This document shows, piece after piece, positions 37,871-49,880 of a DNA stretch of 64,000 nucleotides. The stretch is from contig NW_024704743.1 in assembly GCF_018977255.1 (NCBI RefSeq), positions 71,054,001 through 71,118,000 of the forward strand, read 5' to 3'. Each line of letters opens with the position of its first letter. Position 1 is the stretch's first letter. Source of the stretch: Callorhinchus milii. Lineage: Eukaryota. The position numbers and the translations under genes were made by a program. The notes under the pieces were generated by a model. The model did no database searches. It was not told the origin of the DNA and worked only from the letters and a program-made list of their open reading frames with translations.

Positions 37871-39449
37871 ATATACCATTGAATTGTTTATAAAATCTTG
37901 ACAGTTTCCTGTGATCCCAGGGTCTCCCTGTCTTAGACCTATCTTAAACCTTTAAATTTAACTTCAGCACCTGTAGTGATTCTGTTAATTCAGGTCATTT
38001 ATGCATACAAGAAATGCAGTGTTGCACACAAACTTGAAGAGCCACATTTAATACCTCACCCCCATTTCATTATAACTCCTTATGATTACCCTCCAGTTCC
38101 TTCCCTTTAGCAACTTAGTAAATCACACCCACATCATATCCTTGGTTTGCACTGACATTTCTGTTTCTTTGAGCAGAGCAGATAAAGGGATAATTTAATT
38201 GATGTATTTAAAATATTGGAAGGAATTAACTTTTAGATAATTAACAACTCTTCCCTTTGCTAGAGGGATTTGTTTCAAAGGGGCAGGATTCATTGCAAAG
38301 GTGCATATCCTTAAAATCAGAACCCAGCCCATTAGACCTGAGGTTAGAAAGCATTTCTTCACATGTAGAATACTCCGCTTCAGAAAGCTGTTGAGATGGA
38401 ATGAATGGGGATGTTTAAACAAGAGATACATGGATACTTCGGAAATAGAGATATAAATGGGCATGGCAAAAAGGTGGGACATTGGGATAAAAAGATCTGC
38501 CATGGTCTGTTCCTGTTTTCCTAACAGTTTGTAAGGAATTTCTTTGCTTTGTATTTTTTCCTGCTGCAAACTACTATGATATCATTACATATTACAGTAA
38601 CTGTAAAAAGTTTGAAGCAAGTCAAGCTTTATGCTCAGTTAGACAAATGCTGCCAAATATCGGACTTTCTTTTCCTGCCAACCCCATAGAATCGATCCAG
38701 TATAAAATGTTACTATTGAGAAATTTATCAAATGTAAGTATAGTTAATTGATGGCCATATAAGGATAGATTTTGATTACTGATGCAACAAATTCCCATCT
38801 TAAGAACTGTGTGTTGGCTGGATGGAGTGCCTGAGGAAAATCAATTGCTCCTTTCTGTTCCAGAGAAATACAAGATTTTTTTTGTTTCCTCTAGTTTTGC
38901 TCTTTCGGAATGTGGTTTTACTTCTTTCTTCCTTGATTTTTTAAATAGAGTTAATCCCCATTTAGTGTTTAATTTTGCCTTCTAAAATATAATAGTTTAA
39001 ATATGTAATATTTTAAATATGTAATTAAATATGTGCCAAAATTTGGTTGCCGGGGTTTCGCAAAATATACAGTCAATTCACTTCACAGTATATTCTGTTA
39101 AGCGCTTCGGGACGCTACCTCGCATGAATGGCGCTATATAAATGCACGTTGTTGTTGTTGTTCCCTTTGAGATATCTCAACGTCATGATGAGGCGCTATA
39201 TAAAATGCAAGTTCTGTATTATTATAATTACTTTGATATGTTCTTAATTCAATTAATTACTAATTACTAATTAATTAATTACTGTATATGAAGGACACCT
39301 CTCCAGAGGTGTATTAGTGTCATGGAGCTGTCCCTGCCCACAAATGATTCTTGTGGGTTGCAGAATTGATTGATATAAATATGTTTACTGAATCACTTAT
39401 ATATTATCACTTACTGATTGAAAGAGAATGTAACTTTATTATATAAAAG

Positions 39450-39870
39450 AACCTTGCCTTTGATTTAGCACCTTTCACATCACAAAGACAAAGCACTTCA
39501 CAAGATTTATTGTAAAGTTTAATGACCGTGTATTTGTAGCCGAATGTGACATCCAATTTGCACGCAGCAGTGTCCCACAAACAGCCACAAAATGAATGCC
39601 CAACTTTATTCCAGAGATTATTGACCAAGGCAGCAGGAGAAACTGGCTTCTCCTTTTTGAATATTGCCATTGGCTCTTTAGCATCCACCTAACCAGACAG
39701 GAGGCATCTCGGTTTAACATTCATCCAAGTAACACCACCTTCAACAGTGCAGCACTCCCACCAATGCACTGGATTGGTGTGTCAGTCTACACTATAGGAG
39801 TTCAAAGTTCCGATGTGAGACTTGAACCCACAACCTTCTGACTCAGGCAAGAGTGAAACCAACTGTGTGA
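39450..39870 (-). mobile_element. Deu-domain SINE, near full length
   Basis: Tail, Deu region and head (cttgaacccacaaccttctgactcagg) are all present in reverse order. Confidence 0.85.
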
Positions 39871-41949
39871 GGGAAACAACTGGTTCAGTTGGTAGCACTT
39901 TGTTGGCACTAAAAATATCTGTGGTATTTGATGGCTGAACACAGTGGTACTATTGTGTGATTCCTATTTTATTCTATCTGTTTGTTGCAAATTGATGTAC
40001 AAATTGTTTCGATTTTCTACAAAAAACGCAGTGAAATCAGTTCTGCCATGACGAGAAGACTTACTTTCGGAGGAACATTGATTTATTGATTTACATCTCT
40101 GCATTATAAATATAAGCGTTGCTAGTCAATTTGGCCTACACTCAAGTTTGCCCTTAAAAGGTCTTGGTCAGGCCACAGGATTAAATTTATTGAAAAGGCG
40201 GTTACTCAATCAGTTCTTTAATAACATTAAAAAAATGAAACTGCTTTCAGTTTCTCAGCTCTGGTGGATATGATTATAACATAAGAAAATTAAATGCTGC
40301 TTCCCGCATCAAATCGCTTTACAACTGGAAACGGTACAAATATAAATGAGGCATTAAAATATCTGAATATGGCAGAGGTGGTTAGGGACCAGAGGATTGT
40401 GGGTCGAGATGAGGTGCCTCGACACATATGTGGGATAATCACATTTGTGTGTGACAATGGGTTTAAACGATGTTATGCAACATCTGTTTTGACAGTTGTT
40501 GTAACCTTTTATGTTCCACACCTCCCTTACGCCTAATATTGTCCCCTCCTCCCCCAAAGGCAGTGAGTCACATCAGGATACAGTTCCCAGGGTACAAGGA
40601 ACCCTCTGGTACCTCACTCGTGCCGTATTTATGAGCCAAGACAAGCTCAGAGTGCTGAGCCAAATTGTACCTTCCTTCCCGATGCCTCAGGTGATCTTCA
40701 CACATACCAAGGATCAAACCTAGGACTCTGCACTACATCCAACAGTGTAGTTATCCAATGAGCCTTTTGGGAAGCCTGATGTTTCCTGTTAACAGGTGTT
40801 CATAACTGTATTGCATTCCTAAGTGATGTGCAATCTAAACAATGGTTCCCACTGCCTGAACCTGGGACATACTGAAAATATATCCTTTCCTTATTATGTA
40901 ATTTTAAAAATGTGCAGGCGTATAGGAGAACAAATGTGTCTCTAACTTCACCAAGAGGCTTACAATGTTGCTCTATGTGAAAAACAGATGAGTGCTGTGC
41001 AATGAGCAATGCCATGGAAAAAGATGGAGGGAGGGAGCGAGCGAACAAGGGAATGGTGGAGAGAGGATTGTGGGAATACGGGAATGGGGGACGGAGAACA
41101 TGAACGAAGGAAAGGGGAAGGTAGGGGCTGAATGGGGAAGGGAGGGGGCGAACAAAGGAATGGGGGAGGGAGGGGGTGAACAAGAGGACTAGTCAGAGGG
41201 AGAATTGTTAGCACAGTTAATAATTCTTGCATTTGGTATAGCGCCTTAATGTCATTGAGACGTCTCAAAGCGCTTCCCTGAATATTACTGAGAGGTAGAG
41301 TAAATGTCCATTTTGTCGGCAAATGAGACATGGCTCACAGCAATTTCCCACTAACAAGCAGCCATGAGGCGAATGGCGCCAATTCTATATGGGGGTGGGG
41401 GGGTGGCTAAACAGCACTTTGATTTAATAAAGATGGAATACTTGGAATATTCCAGAAATTCAGAGAATTCACATCTGCGTGATTACTTGTAGTGTACCGT
41501 AACCAAATGCCAGGATATCTGTTGACTTTCATGAAATATTTGGTTATCTTGATTGTAGTTTGATTTATAGTTCCCATCAGTAATAATTGCCATCAGTAAT
41601 ATATAGTTCAGAATTCAGATGTGTTTTGTTCAATCACTATGCCCTAATCTACTCAATGTCTCTTTATTTCATACTATTGCTTTTATCTTAACATTGTCAC
41701 TATAATAACACTATTTGCTGTTTATTAATAATATTTATGTAGGCCACTTTGATTGTGTGGTCCGTCGGGTGTCTTACATATACCCATCAGCTTACTTAAG
41801 AATATCCCAACCAGACTGAGAGTTCCATGTCCAGCTATGAATGGAAATCTCTCCGGTGTGTAGAGTGGAATGCACACTCTCACCCTTGAACGATGCACCC
41901 TGTTTATCTACTTCCTTAGAGTAAAAGTATTAATTTAAATAATCTTTAA

Positions 41950-42380
41950 TTATGGTATAGCACCTTTCCTGTCAAGAAGACATCTGAATTTTTGCAGGAT
42001 CTAATGTGAAGTGGAGTGGTTGTGTATTTATAGGCACATGCAGCAGCTTATTTGCGCACAGCAATGTCCCACAAACATTACTGAAACAAATGCCAAAATT
42101 CTTTTTACTTGGGGGGGTTGTTGGCCAGGACACAAGGAAACTTCCTTCTTTCTGTATTGTGTTGTGCCATGGGATCTTTAACATCTACCTAATCAGGCAG
42201 ACAGGACTTCGGTTTAACATCTCACCTGAAGGACGGCACCTTCGACAATGTAGCACATCCCCAGCACTGCATTGGAATGTCAGCTCTTATACCATGTGAG
42301 TTCCAGTCCCAAAGTAGGGATGAACTTAACAACCTCCAACTCACACACGATGGCACTACCAGCTGAGCCAGACTGGCACC
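41950..42380 (-). mobile_element. Deu-domain SINE, near full length
   Basis: Contains ttggccaggacac...gtgccatgggatctttaacatc...ggtttaacatctcacctgaaggacggcaccttcgaca. Confidence 0.87.
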
Positions 42381-43721
42381 ATATTAGGTGCAGGTCGGAG
42401 AGATCCAAGGCTTGGAAACTCCAAAGTTGTTTGGGCGTACTGCTGGTGTTTAACCAGCAGAAATCACAAAGCTTGTTTGGCAATGTCAGTGATTTCATGA
42501 ACATAGTCAGTCAGGATGGTAACAGGCTAATTGTTTGCATCTTAGAATAATGTAAAGCTCAGGCATAAAACTGTAGACAATATTATGATGTACACCACTT
42601 CAATCAGTTTTTCAGTAGCAAAGATGTTGCAATGAATCATTACAGGCAATAATCCCATACGTATAAATCTTATGACAGTAGTGACTTTAATTATCAGTTT
42701 ATCTTGATATTAAAACTCAACCATTAAATATAAGTCACAGGTTGATTTTGTGCCAACACTGACAACAGTCTTGTAATAAACATTCAATTTCTATCTTGTT
42801 TTGTTGCAACCTGACTTCAGTTGTAATATGAAATGCATGGTTTAAAACTGATGTGAAACTGATTCAAAGGTTCTGTTAAATGATTGCTGGATGTATAAAG
42901 GGGATCTGCAGTTGAGACTAGCTAGTTAATTTAACGGTGATGTTGTTGCAATTTAGTTATCATCCCATTGAACTTGCTGTACCATCTTCTGCATATTTTA
43001 AAGTTAATTTGATTTTTAAAGACACAAAAGTAGAGAGATGGAAAAAGGATGTTCATAAATTGCAAACTAAAGTATATAATAAATACAATACCTTTAGAAT
43101 ATATTAAAAAATAAAGTCTGATTAAGGTCTGTGTGATGGAGCATTTTTTCTAATCCTATATAATTTCCTTTTTGGGGGTCATTATTATAATCTAGGTTCT
43201 GAAGCTTGTCGTGTAAGTAGATGGATGAAAAACAATATGTATTTTTCTTTGTGTGGAATTTTGGGAAGTTCATGGCATTGATTCTGTATCATATTTAGCA
43301 TTCCTCGTCATTACCACCTCATGCTGCTGGAGGCAACAAACTGTAGATCAAAGATAGTGTAGATAAAAGCACATAGTACGTAGCAAGACCGGGCAGACCC
43401 GTAGATTAAACTGTGATATGCTGCAACCTTTTATAAGATTAGAAAAGGGATGACTGCAACAGAATCTGGATAATGAGACCAGACTAAACTGTCACACATA
43501 ATGAGCAACAGCAAAGTGTGTTTAAATTCAAAACTGAGTTTAGCATCAATTTTTCAAAGGAGAAGGCAAGCATTGTACAAAGACTTAGTCCTTCCATAAA
43601 TGGTGGGATTCCTGTGGGCAAGACCCATCTCCTTCCTCACAGCCTCCACCAAAGGTTGCACTGAAATATCTGGCACTGGAACCATTGAAACACGCCATTC
43701 CTTGGTCTGCACCAGCTTCCA

Positions 43722-44270
43722 CAACAACAACAAGATTCCATTTATAGAGCGCCTTTCACGTCGGGAGGACGTCCCAAGGCGCTGTACAGTTGGGTCAGGA
43801 CCCGAGCCTTGGGGGGAAATGGTCAGGGTAGAGAGTCGAGAGAGGAGCTGAAGGCACGGTCAAAGAGAAAGGTCTTGAGACCGGCCTTGAAGGAGGAAAG
43901 GGAGGAAGCGGCGAAGGCACTGGGGGATAGAGTTCCAGAGCCTCGGGGCTGAGAGGCTGAAGGCCCGGCCACCGATGGTAGGGCGGTTGGGGCGGGGGAT
44001 GTGGAGCAGACCGGAGCCAGAGGAACGGAGGGTACGGGCAGGTAGGTAGGGGGATAGTAGGTCAGAGAGGTAGGAGGGAGCGAGGCCGTGAATGGCCTTG
44101 TAGGTGAGGATGAGGATCTTGAATTCGATCCTCTGGGGGATGGGGAGCCAGTGGAGGCGAGCGAGGGTGGGAGTGATGTGGTCCCGAAGCCTGGTGCGGG
44201 ACAGTACACGAGCTGCAGAGTTCTGAATGACCTGCAGCTTGTGGAGGGAGGTGCCGGGAAGGCCGGCAAC
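43722..44270 (-). mobile_element. Young L2 subfamily 3' end
   Basis: Minus frame gives KLQVIQNSAARVLSRTRLRDHITPTLARLHWLPIPQRIEFKILILTYKAIHGLAPSYL, almost uninterrupted; (CAA)n tail at the left end. Confidence 0.95.
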
Positions 44271-44489
44271 TAGATTCTGTAGCATTTGCACTTCTGGTAT
44301 GTGTCTCGGCACTGCAGTTCTTCTGAAATGTTCTCCCCCCCCCCCTCCAGGGTCAAGGACCCCAGTTCACAAACTGCTGCCATAGAGTACTGTTGACCCA
44401 TGTGAGTCAGGCACTAGAGTACCAGGAGCAGCTTAGAAGGTTGACTCAGCTCAGCCCATGGAGATCCCACTTACCTACCAGTTAACAAT

Positions 44490-44808
44490 GGAGTCCCATG
44501 GCGTAGTGGTTCGCGTGCTTGCCTCGGAAGTGAGAAGACCCGGGTTTGATTCCTGGGGGTGGGGATGAAACCTTAGGCAAACTTTCTTACTCCACACGCT
44601 TCCGTTTACTTAGCATTAAGTAGGAACCCAGTTGCTAGTCAATTGGCGGTTCATTTTCCAGGGATGATAATCCTTCAGAAAATGTTGGTCAGTCAATCCA
44701 CGGCTGTTTGTGTGACACTGCTATGCACAATTGGTTGCTGCATTTCGCCCACAAAATACATAGTCAATTCACTTTACAATATATTCTGTGAAGCGCTTTG
44801 AGACGTCT
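44490..44808 (+). mobile_element. tRNA-derived SINE, long form, tail truncated
   Basis: GGAGTCCCATGGCGTAGTGGTT head, GGGTTTGATTCC B box, central gtttacttagcattaagtaggaacccagttg. Confidence 0.88.
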
Positions 44809-46419
44809 TTGTTCTATTGAGCTGTGTACTATAGATACTGGATTCCCTTTTTATGTTCCTATGAAATTAATTTTTCTGCATTATAAAATACAAAATATTT
44901 TGAGTGCCATTGGTTCATTTATTTCAATCACACCACAGAAAGCTGTGCGAACACTGTATCTAGTGTTCTGTTCACAATTGGCATAAGCAAACCTTTACAA
45001 GATGGCAGATGATGTCTGTTTGGTCCTAAAAATGTGTCTTCCCATTCCAAGATGTGCATGAAAGCAACAAACGGAGAGATCGAATGACCCATTTTATAAC
45101 CCGCTTGTGTAAAGCTAATTTTATTATGAAAATGCTAGGACACAGCCCATAGGAATAATTTCAAGAACTACTAACAGTGAAGTGCCAATATAGTATAGTA
45201 TATTTCCAATATTCCTTCTCTTGGCAGATGGAGGGGAAGCTTTCCAACCAATCTCAATCTGTATCTGCAATTTTATTGTGTTTATCCTTTTTAAAAAAAT
45301 GTTTACCCAGACCTGCACCATGTAGACTCGCGCCTCCCCACTCTCCTTTTGCATGCTCCCACCTCACCATCCTCGCTGGCATTCAGGAACCAGGCCATAT
45401 TGACTTTGACTCAGTTTGAATCCAGCAAGTGGAAGGTAACTTATTCGTTATGTTCTACTCACGGGATTCAAACAATTACAATGCCTGTTCTGGCATTTAT
45501 TGACAATTTTTTGACACTCAAAAAAGACATCACCAAAAAGATACTGCCATTGTAATTACTGCCATTGTACTGCCATTTGATATAGGGCCTTTCATCTTAG
45601 GGAGCTATCGCGAAGCATTTTGTAGGATTTACTGAATTTTGACAAATTCTGTCATGCAGATAAATCCAGAAATGTATAAAAGGCTTCCATTTCTTGGTGA
45701 TGCTCCCTTTATCAGACACAGCTTCAAAATGGCACTTGTCAGGAACCAGTGTTCATTTGTACAGAAGTTAAGTTTGTGTTACGGACTAGGACTCTGCAAT
45801 TGGGCATATCAGTTCTTTTCAAAGTTCCCAATACCTTTGAAGTTTGTATCATGATGAGAACTAATAACCATAATAATAATAATCCTTGCATTTGATACAA
45901 CGCTAGAAGGAATTTCAAAATGCTTTGCAGCCTTTACTGTGAAATGTAATGACTATGTTTTGCCGGTGAATGCGGCACTCAATTTAATCCAGGTATGTTC
46001 CACAAACAGCCATAAAGTGAAAGACCGATTTTATTACTATATTATAATGTTCATCATTCCAATTAGATGGGCTTTAATGTGAGCAATTGGAGATCTGCAA
46101 TTATGGTTTGGAAAACCAAAGATTGATAATGGGCCAAGCCAATTTTTTCCAGGGCTCAGCCAGACATCAGAATGTTATAGCATCAGATCCCAGTATTACA
46201 CTGAAGACAGATGTTCTTTTTGTTCATGAGGAGGAAGATTCCTCATGTAGAGCCTACAAGCTGTACTGTTGATTTCCACATAGTCCATGTGTTGTCCATT
46301 TCATAAAGAGCTGCTTTTCAAAATATTCCTTTTATTCTTATTCTTATTCTTATTATTTCTTCCCAAAACATGTCATGTTCCCGTTCAGTTTAAACAGAAG
46401 TGGCCCATCCTAGCAGTTA

Positions 46420-47030
46420 CCTTAAAAACTACATAGGAGTTTTGAGTTGTAAGTCATGAGGAGAAACCTGCAGAGGTGAACATCATCTCCTTACAAGGAT
46501 TGATAGAGGACATGATCCAAATCTAAAATTGTGCGGTGTATAGAAACATTTAAATGGATTACAGTATTTGACTTTTAGCTAAAAGCAAAACTGGAGGAGA
46601 CGGGTTTAAAATTGAAAACCCTCAGTAGGACCAGGGATTTTAAACAAAATTCCCCATTGCTTGTGAATAGAGTAGAACCACCGTTCTAATGTGCTTTGTT
46701 ATAAAGTACGTTTGCAACTGTAGTGCAACACTTACTGTGCTTACCAGGAAAGTACAGCATTTGGGCAGAAAGCTGACCGGCTCCATTCCTGCGCCCAATG
46801 CAAGTCAAATCACATCATCGCACTTCTAGATCTAATGCGGTTTGGAGTGATGATGGAGCTGGATGGACATCGCAATACTGAAGCCTCAGTAAAACGTTAG
46901 ATCCAATTTTATGTCTCCCAGGTCATAACATCTACTGTCTTATAACAGGGTTCTACTGTACGTGGAGCACACTCCCAAACTGATGCTGCGTGAATAATTC
47001 ATTCAAAAAGAGCTGAATAAGCATCAGTTT
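46420..47030 (+). mobile_element. Decayed CR1 3' fragment interrupted by a MITE
   Basis: Contains catgaggagaaacc...agaggacatgatccaaatct, and gtgaata|cgtggagcacactccc (VNxWNxLP-like) rejoins across the insertion. Confidence 0.6.
46670..46958. mobile_element. Non-autonomous Tc1/mariner-pogo-type MITE with TA duplication
   Basis: Left end TA|GAGTAGAACCACCGTTCTAA and right end TTATAACAGGGTTCTACTG|TA (reverse complement CAGTAGAACCCTGTTATAA) form imperfect TIRs flanked by TA. Confidence 0.68.
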
Positions 47031-48589
47031 GAGAAAAATATGAGAGCACAGAAGAATAGGTTCAGACTGAAATGGAGAAATATATCACAAGGCCAATCGT
47101 TTCTGTGGGGTGCGGGGTGCAATCTGTGGCCAGAAGGAAACTAGCTTTGAATAATGGACTTGGGGTGGATTAATATTGTGGATATTTTTGCATTGCGGTT
47201 CAGGGAGAGTTAATGTGAAACTTTATCCTCAAGAGACAGACAATGTAGACTGGAGAAGGAGTAGACTGAATGTGAGAAGAATATATTTATTTAATGGTGT
47301 TTTTCTTATTATGATTTATGTTCTTATCACCTGCCTTTCTAGCCTGTAAATGTCCCTGGTCCAGAGGAAGGAGGTGATTTTAAAACAAAAAGGGCAACAA
47401 TTTTTTTTTTTTAAATTGCAAGCTTTTGGATGTTATGCAAACACTGTTGTGTGCAGTGCTTATATCCGTTGTATCCAGGAGTCTGTTTGAGCAGCATTTT
47501 GAATTTTACAAAGATTTACAGAGATTTACAAAGGATGTACAGCATGGAAACAGACCACTCAGTCCAACCAGCCAGTGTTCATGTTTATACTCCACATGAG
47601 TCTCCACCCATTCCTTACTCCCTCCCATACTCTTCTATTCCCCTTTATCTCATGAAACGGTCTAGCTTCCTCTTGAATACATTTATACTATCTGTACAAT
47701 TAAATGGTTAAATACTACTGTACTATTTAATCTTACTATACTATTTAAATGGTTTAAAACAATTTTTATTTACTGTACATGCATTCTATTTTGTATCTAG
47801 CTGGTAATATCACTGGGATTCGAGAATTAGATGCTTTTGATTTTGCGATTTAAAAAGAACTTTCTGGGATACGTTACAGATTAAATTGCAGTAGTTCATG
47901 AAATTGAAGGGTGCGATTGAACATGTTACACCGCAGACACTTGAGTGGTTCATTTAGGTTATAAATGTAGTAAAGTATGCAACAAGTGTTCACTTATTTT
48001 GAATTCCCACAAACGCTATTTGACACACTGAAATAAATGCGGTGGGTAAATATGGACATAAAATAGTTTGACGTTTTCATACTACTAGAGATTTCATCAC
48101 AGAGGAGACCATGCAGCCTGTCTTGACTGTAGTATGTTGTGCAAGTTCCTTTATTTTGATTTTTTTCTCTCTGTTTCCATTGACTTAACAGAAGTAAATT
48201 GATTATTAGTACAATACATTTGATTTCAGATGAGCTGCAGTTTTTGTTTGTAATGGGAAGTCGCTCATAGTGACTCCTGCCAGTAACCCAACAACCCAAG
48301 GGACTGCTGCTCTGACATGTTTAAACCCAAGTGTGTGAGCATGGGGTTTGCCTGGGTCATTATCATAATCCTTGCAATTGATAGGTCAACATCAGTTATC
48401 AACACTGTTCACCATCTGCTTTCGCTTACAAATATCAAGTGTTAAAATAGATTTTACTCCAAATTGTATCTACGATAAAGGTGCCTTTTCAACTAAGAAG
48501 AGTTGGAAATTATTCCTTTAAATAGTGTTTCATGATGTTCTCTTATTTGTGTCTGCTTCTTTTTATTCTCCTGCCATACCTCATTCCTG

Positions 48590-48980
48590 ATAGCCTGGTT
48601 CAGTTGGTAGCTCTCTTGGTTGTGGGTTCAAGTCCATGTTGGGTCTTTAAACTCAGTCTGTACAGTGCAGTGCTTGGGTGTGCTGCAATGTTGGAAGTAC
48701 CATCCTTTGGACAAGACATTAAACCAAGGTCCAGTCTTCCTGTTTAGATGGACATTAAAGATCCCATGACACTATTGAAAAAGAGTAGGGTGTCCTGGCC
48801 AACAATCCCTAGATAGAATTGGGCATTTACTTTATGGCTGCTTGTGGGGCATTGCTGTGCGCAAACTTCCTGCCTTATTTCACCTGTGAAATGTAACCAC
48901 ACTTTACAATAAAATCCTGTACAGTTCGTTGAGGCATCTTTCTGATGTGAAGGGTGCTTTTATCAAATGTGAGGATTATT
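48590..48980 (+). mobile_element. Deu-domain SINE, near full length
   Basis: Contains agcctggttcagttggtagc...ggttcaagtcc...gacattaaagatcccatgacactattgaaaaagagtagggtgtcctggccaac and the tail. Confidence 0.88.
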
Positions 48981-49009
48981 TTTTATTTCACATGTTTTGA
49001 AATGTTTAC

Positions 49010-49480
49010 TACCTTTGACACTGTTGACCACTAAATTCTTCTCCACCACCTTTTCTCTCAGCTCCATCTGTCCTCGCCTGGTTTCACTCTTACCTTTCCC
49101 ATCATCTCCGCTTTGTATCTGCTAACAGCTTCTCCTCCATCCACCGCACCATCACATGTGGCATTCCTCAGGACTCTGTTCTTGATCCGCTCCTCGATAA
49201 TATTTACATGCTCTCACTGGAAGATGTCATCTGCAGGAATAGGGATAGCTCCAAGCCAGAGGCGCTTCACCTCGGCCCCTTCTTTGCCTCCTTCAAGGTT
49301 TATATCAAGACGTTCCTTTTTGAAAGTGTCTTCAGTCATCTTCTCATCGCAATCCCCTTGCTCCCACCCCTCTTGAATCCAACCCCCAGCTCAGGTGCAA
49401 ACCTTCAACTGTCCAGCACCTTGGAATAAGCTCCCGACATGAAAGTTGCTAAATAAATGCAATTTTTTTTGTTGTTATTG
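49010..49480 (+). mobile_element. Old L2 fragment, internally deleted
   Basis: Encodes FDTVDH-like and GIPQDSVL-like remnants, then SFKVYIKTFLF and a 3' tail. Confidence 0.72.
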
Positions 49481-49569
49481 TACTTGGGAGTTTTGTTTGT
49501 AGAATGTTTCTTCCTTTCCCACACAGTCTGAAGATGAACTAATTTAATTATTCATTCTTCACTTGGTTT

Positions 49570-49880
49570 GTAATAATTCCTTCACAGACAGAATTATTAA
49601 AGCCTGGAACAGGTTACCAGGAAAGGTGGTCGAGACCATGATGCTGGACAAGAGCTGGTGGCTAAAAGAAGGAAGCCAAGGACAGTTGTAAGGAGAGCTA
49701 AGTTGAAACGGGGGAGACATTGAGTGGGGCGCCTCAGGGTTTCGACATACGTAAATGACCCGGATTCACAGGCACAGCGCAATGCAGTTACATTTGCAGA
49801 TGACATTAAGCTAAAGGGTGTGTGTGGAATCGGAGGAGACAGCCAAAAGCTTACAAACTGAGTTTGACAGGATAGAGGAA
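49570..49880 (+). mobile_element. CR1 fragments
   Basis: Contains gcctggaacaggttaccagg (WNRLP) and tttgcagatgacattaagcta (FADDxKL). Confidence 0.6.

Noticed and set aside
41025..41195. Purine-rich degenerate repeats (gcgaacaagggaatgg-like, about four copies)
   Set aside because: Low-complexity decayed tandem repeat with irregular spacing and no unique spacers; not CRISPR-like, and the context is eukaryotic.
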